Part shown: in pieces, positions 28,538-36,702 of the stretch
Layout: each line of letters opens with the position of its first letter
Numbering within the stretch: the stretch's first letter is position 1
Assembly: GCA_001604065.1 (NCBI GenBank)
Contig: LVAO01000008.1
Span: forward strand, 40,646 to 104,645
Length of the DNA stretch: 64,000 nucleotides
Reading direction: 5' to 3'
From: Clostridiales bacterium Firm_09
Lineage (GTDB): Bacteria > Bacillota > Clostridia > Christensenellales > DTU072
Position numbers and translations under genes: made by a program
Notes under the pieces: model-generated
Told to the model about the DNA's origin: nothing
The model's input: only the letters and a program-made list of their open reading frames with translations
The model's database searches: none

Positions 28538-29158
28538 TTAATTCTTCCAGCAGCCAGGCCCGGTCTTTTCCGCAGGCGCGCAGATTGGGTCTTTTCCGCA
28601 GGCGCGCAGATTGGCATCCATGATTTGTCCATCAATGACAACATTGGCCAAAAGCCCCTGTTCCGGAAGGTTCAGCTTGAGATCTTCTGTGGTGACTGGT
28701 CTTTTGGCCGACTTCGGAAGCACGCTCAGCAAGCCATTGGTTTCCAAAATGGCATGACTCACATCCGCGATATTGAAGTAACCTTGATTTCTCAATTCCC
28801 GCAGCAGATCGTTTACAGTAAATTTTGCACGTATCAATTCACGATAAAGAATTTTGCCTCCGTCGATGAGCGAATAGGGACGGCCGAAAAACAAGCGGCG
28901 CGCCCAGATGCTTTTTCTGCAGAGAATATCTATGGCAAAAGTGAAAAAACCGAGAACGCCGATTACAATCAATCCGTACCATACGGGTAAGGCATCGTCG
29001 ATGGCCATGGTTGCAGCAACAGAGCCGACGGTTATGCCGACAATGTAGTCAAAAAAAGTAAGTTGCGAGATTTGTTTTGTTCCCAGCAGCTCTGCAATCA
29101 GAAAAAGAGCGATGAAGGATAGAACGCCGCGAAGGAATATTTCAAATGCAGGATGCAT
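28538..29158 (-). CDS. DUF421/YetF-family membrane protein, C-terminus frameshifted by a 26-bp tandem duplication
   Basis: ISQLTFFDYIVGITVGS and the later YetF-like domain. The ATG at 29158 follows GGAGGTG. The current ORF ends in the non-homologous tail PICAPAEKTGPGCWKN. Removing one repeat copy restores GKDRAWLLEELKKQ... through to a stop at 28425. Confidence 0.7.
   Translation of the reverse strand: MHPAFEIFLRGVLSFIALFLIAELLGTKQISQLTFFDYIVGITVGSVAATMAIDDALPVWYGLIVIGVLGFFTFAIDILCRKSIWARRLFFGRPYSLIDGGKILYRELIRAKFTVNDLLRELRNQGYFNIADVSHAILETNGLLSVLPKSAKRPVTTEDLKLNLPEQGLLANVVIDGQIMDANLRACGKDPICAPAEKTGPGCWKN
28562..28614. repeat. Perfect 26-bp tandem duplication inside the DUF421 gene
   Basis: GTCTTTTCCGCAGGCGCGCAGATTGG occurs at 28563-28588 and again at 28589-28614. 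The unit length is not a multiple of 3. Confidence 0.95.
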
Positions 29159-29220
29159 AAAATCACCTCCCGTATAGTATGCTCCAAATGCCGTTCCATG
29201 ATTAAGAATGAATTTATGGA

Positions 29221-29249
29221 TTGACAATTTTTTCATAGAAGGATATAAT
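29221..29249 (+). promoter_or_regulatory. Promoter of the TetR-MMPL operon
   Basis: -35 TTGACA (29221-29226), 17-nt spacer, -10 TATAAT (29244-29249). Confidence 0.6.
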
Positions 29250-29303
29250 GAAAAGAGAATAACCGCTCGCTTTTGAAGATTGCCGGGCACAGGGGAGTTT
29301 TTT

Positions 29304-29876
29304 GTGCAATACCAGAAAGAAGATATCAAAAAAAGAATTTTGGATGCCGCCTTTATGGAGTTTGAAAAAGAAGGCTATTACAAAGCCAGTGTTCTGCGAA
29401 TCGCAACACGCTCCAAGGTGGCTATTGGCAATCTGTACCGGTACTTCAAATGCAAAAGCGAATTGTTTGATGCGCTTGTCGGCGAGGCGGCAGAAGAAAT
29501 ACGAAAATTTGTAAGGACGAGTTATGAAGAAAATTTTCAGGGGCTGGACAGCGCCGTAAAAACCGGGAAGTTAAGGAACGGGATTGTCCATCTTTTTGAA
29601 ACCTATGGAAGGGAACTGTTATTGCTTCTGGACAGAAGCGAGGGTTCTGCCTATAATGATTTCGGCGACAAGCTTTGCAAGGATATCTGTATGATGTGGA
29701 AGGATTCTTTTGTCAAAAACGGCGCGGAGGATGAATTCATGCTCGGACTGATTGCCGAAGGCTTCATCAGCGGATTATTAAAAATCTTCAGGGATGCGAA
29801 ACCCTCCGAACGGGGCGCAAAGGTAGACAAGCTGTTTGTTTTTTATTTTCACAATATTCAGGAAAGGCTCTGGTGA
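29304..29876 (+). CDS. TetR/AcrR-family transcriptional regulator
   Basis: N-terminal HTH ILDAAFMEFEKEGYYKASVLRIATRSKVAIGNLYRYF. The GTG at 29304 follows AGGGGAG. Confidence 0.85.
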   Translation: MQYQKEDIKKRILDAAFMEFEKEGYYKASVLRIATRSKVAIGNLYRYFKCKSELFDALVGEAAEEIRKFVRTSYEENFQGLDSAVKTGKLRNGIVHLFETYGRELLLLLDRSEGSAYNDFGDKLCKDICMMWKDSFVKNGAEDEFMLGLIAEGFISGLLKIFRDAKPSERGAKVDKLFVFYFHNIQERLW

Positions 29877-29887
29877 GAGGGTCAACA

Positions 29888-32248
29888 ATGACGAAATTGA
29901 TAAGGTTTTTTGTAGATAAAAAGCTGTTCTGCATGATTGTTTTCGGATTGCTTGCCGTTGCGAGTGCAATCTGCATTCCTTTTGTTTCGGTGAATTATAA
30001 TGATACCGCTTACCTGCCCAAAAATTCCTCAACCTTGCAAAGCCTCAATGTGCTTTATTCTGAATACGGGGAGAACGGAAACGCTTCGCTGATGATAAAA
30101 AATGTCAACGTAGAGCAAGCTCTTGAATACAAAGAAAAAATAGAGAAGGTTTCGGGCGTAAAAAATGTGATCTGGCTGGACGATGTCCTGTCCGGTCTTC
30201 TGGAAGGGGTTGTCGTTCAGGTCAATGAGAGCGGAGGCCGTCTGGATGAGGCGCAGGCGATAGAGTATATGCTCATCTTGCTCAGCCAGCTTCCGGATGA
30301 TTTGGAGGGGAAAACGTATGCGGACATCCTGGCGTCGATCGACAGCAGATATCTGCAGGATACCGGATTTGTTGTTTTTCTGCTGGCGCTCGGAGGCAGC
30401 TTCTCCGATCAGAATGTCAATATGGGCTTGGTAAAAGAATTCAGGCCTCAGCTCGAAACGTTTTACAAACAGAACTGCGCGTTCTTCCAGATTTTCTTTA
30501 CGGAAGGCGATTATGCCGACACAACTTACAAGGCGATAGAAAAAATACGAAGCATTGATGCGGATTTGTATATGAGCGGAAATTCCGCCGTCAATTATAA
30601 CAGCAGAAAAACCGTCAGCAGGGAGACCAACATCTCAATGATCGTTGCGGGGGTTGTGGTGCTGATTATTCTGTTTCTGATGACAAAAGCATGGTGGGAA
30701 CCCGTCATTTACCTAATCACAATCGGCATTGCCGTGCTGATAAACATGGGCAGCAATATTGTTTTGGGCAAAATCTCTTATATGACGCAAGGTGTTGCGA
30801 GTGTTCTGCAGCTTGCGCTTACAATGGATTATTCTATTTTTTTGCTTAACCGGTACCGCCGTGAGAAAAAAGCGGGGCTTGAGAATAATGATGCCATGGT
30901 TGCCGCCATCCGGCACTCTCTTTCGCCGGTTTCGGCAAGCTCTCTGACGACGATCGCAAGTTTTGTTGCCCTGATGTTTATGAGCTACAGGCTTGGTTTG
31001 GATATCGGACTGGTATTGACAAAGGGCGTAATAATAAGTATCCTGAGCGTGTTTTTGTTTATGCCCGGTTTCATTCTCTATACGGACAAACTGATCGTCC
31101 GCTCCGGGCACAAAAGCCTGAAGCTTACTTTCCACAAGCTTTCCAAAGTACTTGTAAAAACGCGCTTTGTCCTGCCTTTTGTTGTGATAGCGCTGATGCT
31201 GCCATGTGCCTATTTCCAAAGCCAGAATACCTTCATCTACGGCAACGAGGCATCCATGGGCAGCGAAGGGAGCCTTATCAATGAAGACAGGAAGGCAATC
31301 GAAGAGGTGTTCGGCAAACAGCATCAGATGGTCATTCTCCTTCCCGAAGAAGCGAAGGAAGCGGAATATGCCATATCATTGGAGCTGCTTTCGTTGCAGA
31401 ACGAGGGCGTTGCGGGCGTGCAATCGTTATCGCTGGTTACTGCCGCCGGGATGGAGGATCTGCTCCCCGATGTTCTCAAAAATCAGTTCATCGGCAAAAC
31501 GACATCCCGCATCATTCTCAATCTGAGTCTTCCCACGGAAGGCAGCGAAGTCAGCGCGCTTATCGCCAGAATCAAGGAGATACTCAATGCGCAGCTTGCA
31601 GAGGTGAACGTTTCGTCCGGAGAAAAATATTATCTTGTGGGCGAAGCCGTCGCGACAGAAGAAATCAAGAATCTGGTCGAAAAGGATTATACAATCATTG
31701 TCTATCTGTCCATGGCTCTTGTAGGCATCATACTTGTGGTCACCTTCAAATCCGCCATCATACCTTTCCTGCTTCTGATGGTGATTCAAGGAGCCATTTA
31801 TGTCAACATGACGGTGCCTTATATAATGAAAGAACCGATGATCTTTGTGGGGTATCTTCTGGTCAGCACCATTCTGCTGGGAGCAACCATTGATTATGCG
31901 ATTTTGTTTACGGATAATTATCTCGGCAACCGTCGCACCATGAACAAATATGACGCCGCACGGCATGCGATGTCCCAATCCGCCCGCGCGCTGATGACTT
32001 CCGCGGGAATATTGACCTTTTCTGGCCTTTCAATCCAATGGGTAACCAATATGCCTGCGACCAGACTGTTCGGTTCTGCAATATACAGGGGAGGAATGAT
32101 TGCTTTTTTGTGCGTGATGGTGCTTCTTCCCCAGCTTCTGATGATTCTGGATACGCCGATTCGTTACACCATTTGGAAGGGAAAAGAACGCATGATAAGC
32201 AACAAGGATGCTACGCCCACGGACGAAAGCTCCACGGACGATCAATGA
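29888..32248 (+). CDS. MMPL/RND-superfamily membrane transporter
   Basis: 786 aa with two blocks of about 6 TM segments, each following a large extracytoplasmic loop. The start overlaps the TetR stop region (GAGAGG SD). Confidence 0.75.
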   Translation: MTKLIRFFVDKKLFCMIVFGLLAVASAICIPFVSVNYNDTAYLPKNSSTLQSLNVLYSEYGENGNASLMIKNVNVEQALEYKEKIEKVSGVKNVIWLDDVLSGLLEGVVVQVNESGGRLDEAQAIEYMLILLSQLPDDLEGKTYADILASIDSRYLQDTGFVVFLLALGGSFSDQNVNMGLVKEFRPQLETFYKQNCAFFQIFFTEGDYADTTYKAIEKIRSIDADLYMSGNSAVNYNSRKTVSRETNISMIVAGVVVLIILFLMTKAWWEPVIYLITIGIAVLINMGSNIVLGKISYMTQGVASVLQLALTMDYSIFLLNRYRREKKAGLENNDAMVAAIRHSLSPVSASSLTTIASFVALMFMSYRLGLDIGLVLTKGVIISILSVFLFMPGFILYTDKLIVRSGHKSLKLTFHKLSKVLVKTRFVLPFVVIALMLPCAYFQSQNTFIYGNEASMGSEGSLINEDRKAIEEVFGKQHQMVILLPEEAKEAEYAISLELLSLQNEGVAGVQSLSLVTAAGMEDLLPDVLKNQFIGKTTSRIILNLSLPTEGSEVSALIARIKEILNAQLAEVNVSSGEKYYLVGEAVATEEIKNLVEKDYTIIVYLSMALVGIILVVTFKSAIIPFLLLMVIQGAIYVNMTVPYIMKEPMIFVGYLLVSTILLGATIDYAILFTDNYLGNRRTMNKYDAARHAMSQSARALMTSAGILTFSGLSIQWVTNMPATRLFGSAIYRGGMIAFLCVMVLLPQLLMILDTPIRYTIWKGKERMISNKDATPTDESSTDDQ

Positions 32249-32270
32249 TGCCATTATGGTTGTACGGGCA

Positions 32271-33074
32271 TTACACGAACAGCCACAGACTCACCGCCAT
32301 CACGGCCATACCGGCAATCAGTCCGTATATCCCCGCGTGATGATAGCCGTAAGCTTCGGCAGAAGGCAGCAGTTCGTCTATTGAGATATAAACCATGATG
32401 CCGGCAACAATGCCGTACAGAATCCCGAAGAGCGTATCGTTCAAGAACGGCAAAAGGATAAGATAGCCGATTGCCGCCCCCAGAAGCTCTGCAAGACCGG
32501 ATAGAAGAGAAAGCCAGAAAGCCTTAAAACGGTTGCCGGTTGCGAACATAATGGGCACCGCTACGGAGATTCCCTCGGGAATATTATGGATTGCAATCGC
32601 GACTACGATGGGAATGGCGATTCCCGGAGACTGGAGGGCGGAGACAAAAGTCGCAAGACCTTCCGGAAAGTTGTGAACGGCAATGGCGAGCGCGGTCAGA
32701 AGGCCGGAGCGGAGCAGCTGCTTGTTGCGGCGATGTTCGGTGTCACATTCTTTGCCGTCGGTGCAAGGCATTTCGTGGGGGTTTGATTTTTCGGGTATAA
32801 GCTTATCGATGGCAGCGATAAGGAAGATGCCGCCAAAAAAGGCGAGAATGGCATACAGCAATCCGAATTTGTTCCCGAAGGAGGCGACAAGAAAATCCCG
32901 AGAACGTACAAACAGCTCCGCCATAGAAACATAAATCATAACCCCCGCAGAAAAACCCAGACTTGCCGCAAGAAATTTTTTGTTTGTCTTTTTTGCAAAC
33001 AACGCGATTGCGCTGCCGATTCCCGTGGATAGTCCGGCCGCTGCCGTCAACAAAAATGCCGTGCCCAGATTCAT
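32271..33074 (-). CDS. zupT: ZIP-family zinc transporter ZupT
   Basis: 267 aa, eight TM segments, paired AVHNFPEGLA and AIHNIPEGISVA motifs. Confidence 0.88.
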   Translation of the reverse strand: MNLGTAFLLTAAAGLSTGIGSAIALFAKKTNKKFLAASLGFSAGVMIYVSMAELFVRSRDFLVASFGNKFGLLYAILAFFGGIFLIAAIDKLIPEKSNPHEMPCTDGKECDTEHRRNKQLLRSGLLTALAIAVHNFPEGLATFVSALQSPGIAIPIVVAIAIHNIPEGISVAVPIMFATGNRFKAFWLSLLSGLAELLGAAIGYLILLPFLNDTLFGILYGIVAGIMVYISIDELLPSAEAYGYHHAGIYGLIAGMAVMAVSLWLFV

Positions 33075-33152
33075 ATCTTTATCCTTTTTTGTGCATTATA
33101 TCAGAGGTGGGAAATGCGACAAAAAGATATTGGATTCTGGTTTGTAGAATCC

Positions 33153-34187
33153 TTACCATTTATTGAATACCTTCTCTGCAAATCCCAGTTCGTCGTGCAG
33201 GGTGATGACGGTTCCGTCGTCCAGGATGGCATTGCCCGAAAATAATCCGAACACCTGGTTCTGGAGGGAGCGTATGATGCCCAGATTGGCATCGGCGAAG
33301 CGATTGAGGATAGGCTTGAAGGTCATTTCGAATCTGCCATCGTCCGAAGTGAATGTCCAATCGGAAAGGAAGTCGTCCGCATCGCCTTTTTTGGGGATGT
33401 TGAAAGTGACGTTGTTGAGTTTATGCGCTCTTCCGTTATAGAAAAGCATATTTTCGGTTGCCGCCGAGGTATCGCCGAAGCCGTAGCCGATGTTGAATCC
33501 GAAAGGAACGTCGTTGATGAGTGTGGACAGTGAACCCCAATACCAGGTGTTCTTGTATGTCCAGACACCGCGTCCCCAGTCCAAGGTGCCAAGAGAGCCG
33601 TTTTCACGCGTGAAACGGTACTCCTTGTCTTTGAAGCGCGCCCAGCCTACCGCCCGCATGCAATTGATTTTCTGGTTATAGTAAAATGCTTTGGGGTCGC
33701 CGGGAAAGGGTGTGGCAATCACCATCGTTTCTGCGGGCGGTTCCGTCAGGAGGATGTCGGCCTCCAACGGGAGATTTTCAAAAAAATCATTATAGAGTAC
33801 TTTGAGATGCCGCACGATTCCGTCATTTTGAAACGAGAAATCCAGTTTTTTGTTTTTATAAGAAATATCTCCCACGGCGGAAGTGGAAGGCAGCTTCAGT
33901 TTTCCTTTGGTGAAGGGAAGAACGGCGGAACTGGTCTGCTGCCAGCGTTTGTTGAAATCCAGCAGCGTCGCGCTCAGCAGTCCGAGATAGCCGTTATCGG
34001 CAATGGTCAGCGCAATCCCGTAATCCTTATTGCCGATATAATAATAATCCCATTCTTTGATGCGCAGCTTGTTTGCCTTTATGTCTGCGCGGTTATAATC
34101 TAACAGCAGCGAGGTCGCATATCCTTTTTGCGCCAGACTGCCGTCGGATTTGAGGAGTGCCGACTTTTCTTTGATCTGATGTTGCAT
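33153..34187 (-). CDS. DUF2804-family protein
   Basis: 344 aa. IKEWDYYYI and the downstream beta-rich pattern match my recollection of DUF2804. Function unknown. Confidence 0.5.
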   Translation of the reverse strand: MQHQIKEKSALLKSDGSLAQKGYATSLLLDYNRADIKANKLRIKEWDYYYIGNKDYGIALTIADNGYLGLLSATLLDFNKRWQQTSSAVLPFTKGKLKLPSTSAVGDISYKNKKLDFSFQNDGIVRHLKVLYNDFFENLPLEADILLTEPPAETMVIATPFPGDPKAFYYNQKINCMRAVGWARFKDKEYRFTRENGSLGTLDWGRGVWTYKNTWYWGSLSTLINDVPFGFNIGYGFGDTSAATENMLFYNGRAHKLNNVTFNIPKKGDADDFLSDWTFTSDDGRFEMTFKPILNRFADANLGIIRSLQNQVFGLFSGNAILDDGTVITLHDELGFAEKVFNKW

Positions 34188-34233
34188 GGTTGATTACCTC
34201 CTTATAGGCGCTCGGTGCGCCTTGAACAGAATT

Positions 34234-36291
34234 TTATTCGCGGACAGAAAACCTGAAGAGAAACTTGGCAGGTTCGCCATACCACAGCGGAAAATTGGTG
34301 CCCCAGACGTTGTTATACAGAACAAATGCAAGCCCGTCTTCCGCAACGCTTTCGAATATATTGTCGAACCTGAGGATTTTTCCTTCCCCCAGACCTACCA
34401 GCGGCGCATGGATGTTTTCGATGACCGTTTGCGCAAAATCCGCACGGTAGACAACTTCTTCTGCGCACGACAGATTCCTGTTGCCATTCTCTGCCACCGA
34501 ATAGGGTGAGACGAGACGTCCCAGCTTTTTATAGAACACGCTCTTGTCTTCGGTATCCGGAAATACGCGGAAGAAAAGGCCTTCACTCAGGCGTGAGGCG
34601 GGTTTGTCGATCCAGGATACAGAGACTTCCAACCCTTTTGCAGTCAGTGTATAAAGCAAAAAAATCTCTTTCGGAGCGCCGGCATTGTCATAAAAATAGG
34701 GATCAATGGTCAGTCTTACACCAAGCTTGACAAAATCCTTACCGGTTTCCGCTCCTCCGCAAACGGGTTTGTAAGGAATGTTTCCTTGTCGAAAATGCTT
34801 GTCGGCATATTTGAGAAGCGGCCGTCCGAAGTCTCCCGGACTCCATTTTTCGCTTCCCGGCGTATGACGGATATAGGATGCAAAAAAATAGTCATAATCT
34901 TTTTTTCCGTATACTCTGTATTCCAACGGCGGTCGGTCGTTGAAGCGGATCAGCGATACCCCCATATAGGATAATTTTGAAATACCCCCCAGCGGATTGA
35001 GACCCAAAGTGTATCCTCCTGCCGAATAAACGCCGCCAAAGCCCGAATTTGTATATTTGGGTTCCTGAAATGATGGCGGCAAGAGCTCTTTGAGGCAGTT
35101 TTCTGCCTGCTCTCTATGAGCATGGGACAAAGCCGAAAGTGCTTGGGATACATAGCCGCGCTGCTCCGCCCAGCTTGCCTCCATGGTCCGGTAGCTGCCT
35201 TTTTTGTATACGCCGCGCAATCTGCCCATCAGGATATACAAATTCTGCGGGAAGCCGCGCAACAGCTTGGTCACATGGACCTTATCCGCCTTGCGCGCCT
35301 TGTCAAAGGCCTTTCTGGTATAATGGTTATAATCCCCCAGATAAGTTTTCATGTCCATGCCCCAGGTGTGTTCGGCGACGCAGAGAAGACCTGCGCAAAG
35401 GCCATTGTATTCGGTGTCGCCGCGTTTTATGCTTCCTTCGGCAAGCCATTCGTTTTTCAGACGAAGAAGTTGGCGCAGACAGCCTGTCTTATAAGGGTCG
35501 GAAGCCACGCCGTGTATCCAGCTGTCGCCGATTTCGTTTTCTATTATGGGGAGGGAGGCGCGCTTATCCCAGAGCTTTTCGGCAATTTCGTTCAGGCTGC
35601 CTGCTTCCACAATATAACCCGGATACGCCTTGCGGAGCTCGTTCAGTTTATTATTGATGGCAACAAGATTGTTTGCTCCATGATTGTCCGCGGTATGGTC
35701 GAAATACAGAATATCACCGATATCTGCCGGACGGAAGGCGCCGCCGTATTCTCCGGAGTATATGACGACAATTTCTGCGCCGTCATAACGCCATAAAAAA
35801 CATTCCGGCACTTTGGGAAGGGCAGAAGCTCCGTTTACGCCGATATGAAGGAGACGGATTCCCTTTTCTGCCAGAAGCGGGACGAGCGCTGCGGTATGCC
35901 CGGGGACGTCGGTCATTTTTGCCGCGATTGTTTTGCGGCCGGTGATGGCATCTATTTTATCAATCAAAGATAGTCCGTAACGGGCAAGGTCTTCATCCAT
36001 CAGTTCCGTATGAGTGGTAAACGGCAGCGCATGGCAGACAAGATCGCCGCGTTTTAAGGCATCTTCGAGTTCTTTGCGATAAACGCTGTCAGCGGTCTTC
36101 AATGCCTCGGTGATAATCCAGGAGCCTGTTGTCCAGACAAAGCGCTTCGTGCCGTCGGCATTGGCCGCTTTTGCAAGCTGCAGCGCCTCGGGAATAAATT
36201 TCTCAAGATATTTTGCTTTTATGTTCGCGGCGTAATCGGTAAAGCCGAGGTCGAGGTGCGTTTTTGATACTACAATCACTCTGTTGGTCAT
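34234..36291 (-). CDS. GH38-N-terminal-like / DUF5054-type putative glycoside hydrolase
   Basis: Starts MTNRVIVVSKTHLDLGFTD (metal-binding H-x-D of the GH38/GH57-like fold). The ATG at 36291 follows AGGAG. The upstream in-frame extension in the ORF track lacks an SD. Confidence 0.5.
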   Translation of the reverse strand: MTNRVIVVSKTHLDLGFTDYAANIKAKYLEKFIPEALQLAKAANADGTKRFVWTTGSWIITEALKTADSVYRKELEDALKRGDLVCHALPFTTHTELMDEDLARYGLSLIDKIDAITGRKTIAAKMTDVPGHTAALVPLLAEKGIRLLHIGVNGASALPKVPECFLWRYDGAEIVVIYSGEYGGAFRPADIGDILYFDHTADNHGANNLVAINNKLNELRKAYPGYIVEAGSLNEIAEKLWDKRASLPIIENEIGDSWIHGVASDPYKTGCLRQLLRLKNEWLAEGSIKRGDTEYNGLCAGLLCVAEHTWGMDMKTYLGDYNHYTRKAFDKARKADKVHVTKLLRGFPQNLYILMGRLRGVYKKGSYRTMEASWAEQRGYVSQALSALSHAHREQAENCLKELLPPSFQEPKYTNSGFGGVYSAGGYTLGLNPLGGISKLSYMGVSLIRFNDRPPLEYRVYGKKDYDYFFASYIRHTPGSEKWSPGDFGRPLLKYADKHFRQGNIPYKPVCGGAETGKDFVKLGVRLTIDPYFYDNAGAPKEIFLLYTLTAKGLEVSVSWIDKPASRLSEGLFFRVFPDTEDKSVFYKKLGRLVSPYSVAENGNRNLSCAEEVVYRADFAQTVIENIHAPLVGLGEGKILRFDNIFESVAEDGLAFVLYNNVWGTNFPLWYGEPAKFLFRFSVRE

Positions 36292-36615
36292 TTTGTAACT
36301 CCTATGCTGGTGCTGGACATGCCGAAAATGCTCTGTAAGGTGATGTCTGACTGTATGCCCTCTCCGTTCGTCGGGAGCTTCCGCCCGCAAAGACCTCCGT
36401 CAGAATGCCGTTCTTCCTCTTCGCCGGCTTACGGAATCCGTTTCGGAGAGGAAAAACGCATATGCTGTGTTCTGCGGGCATGATTGAAGAAATCTGCGCA
36501 ACCCGCACGGCAGCCAAAGCGGAACGGACGCAGAAGTGCTTATTATTATACATAAACATTACATATTTGTAAATAGGCGCATGTCACGCATTATTATGAC
36601 AAAAAAAACTTTCCG

Positions 36616-36644
36616 TTGACAAAATCAGCATTGCATTTTATACT
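36616..36644 (+). promoter_or_regulatory. Promoter of the surface-protein gene
   Basis: -35 TTGACA (36616-36621), 17-nt spacer, -10 TATACT (36639-36644). Confidence 0.5.
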
Positions 36645-36702
36645 GTATTCATTAAGTTTTTCTAGAAATCTTGTTTGCTGTTTTGATTAAAAAAGAGGGA
36701 AT

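Noticed and set aside
36302-36559. The 85-aa ORF in the leader of the GH38-like gene.
   Set aside because: It has no SD and an Arg/Ala/Ser-rich composition typical of GC-rich non-coding sequence. I discuss the region as a possible RNA leader instead.
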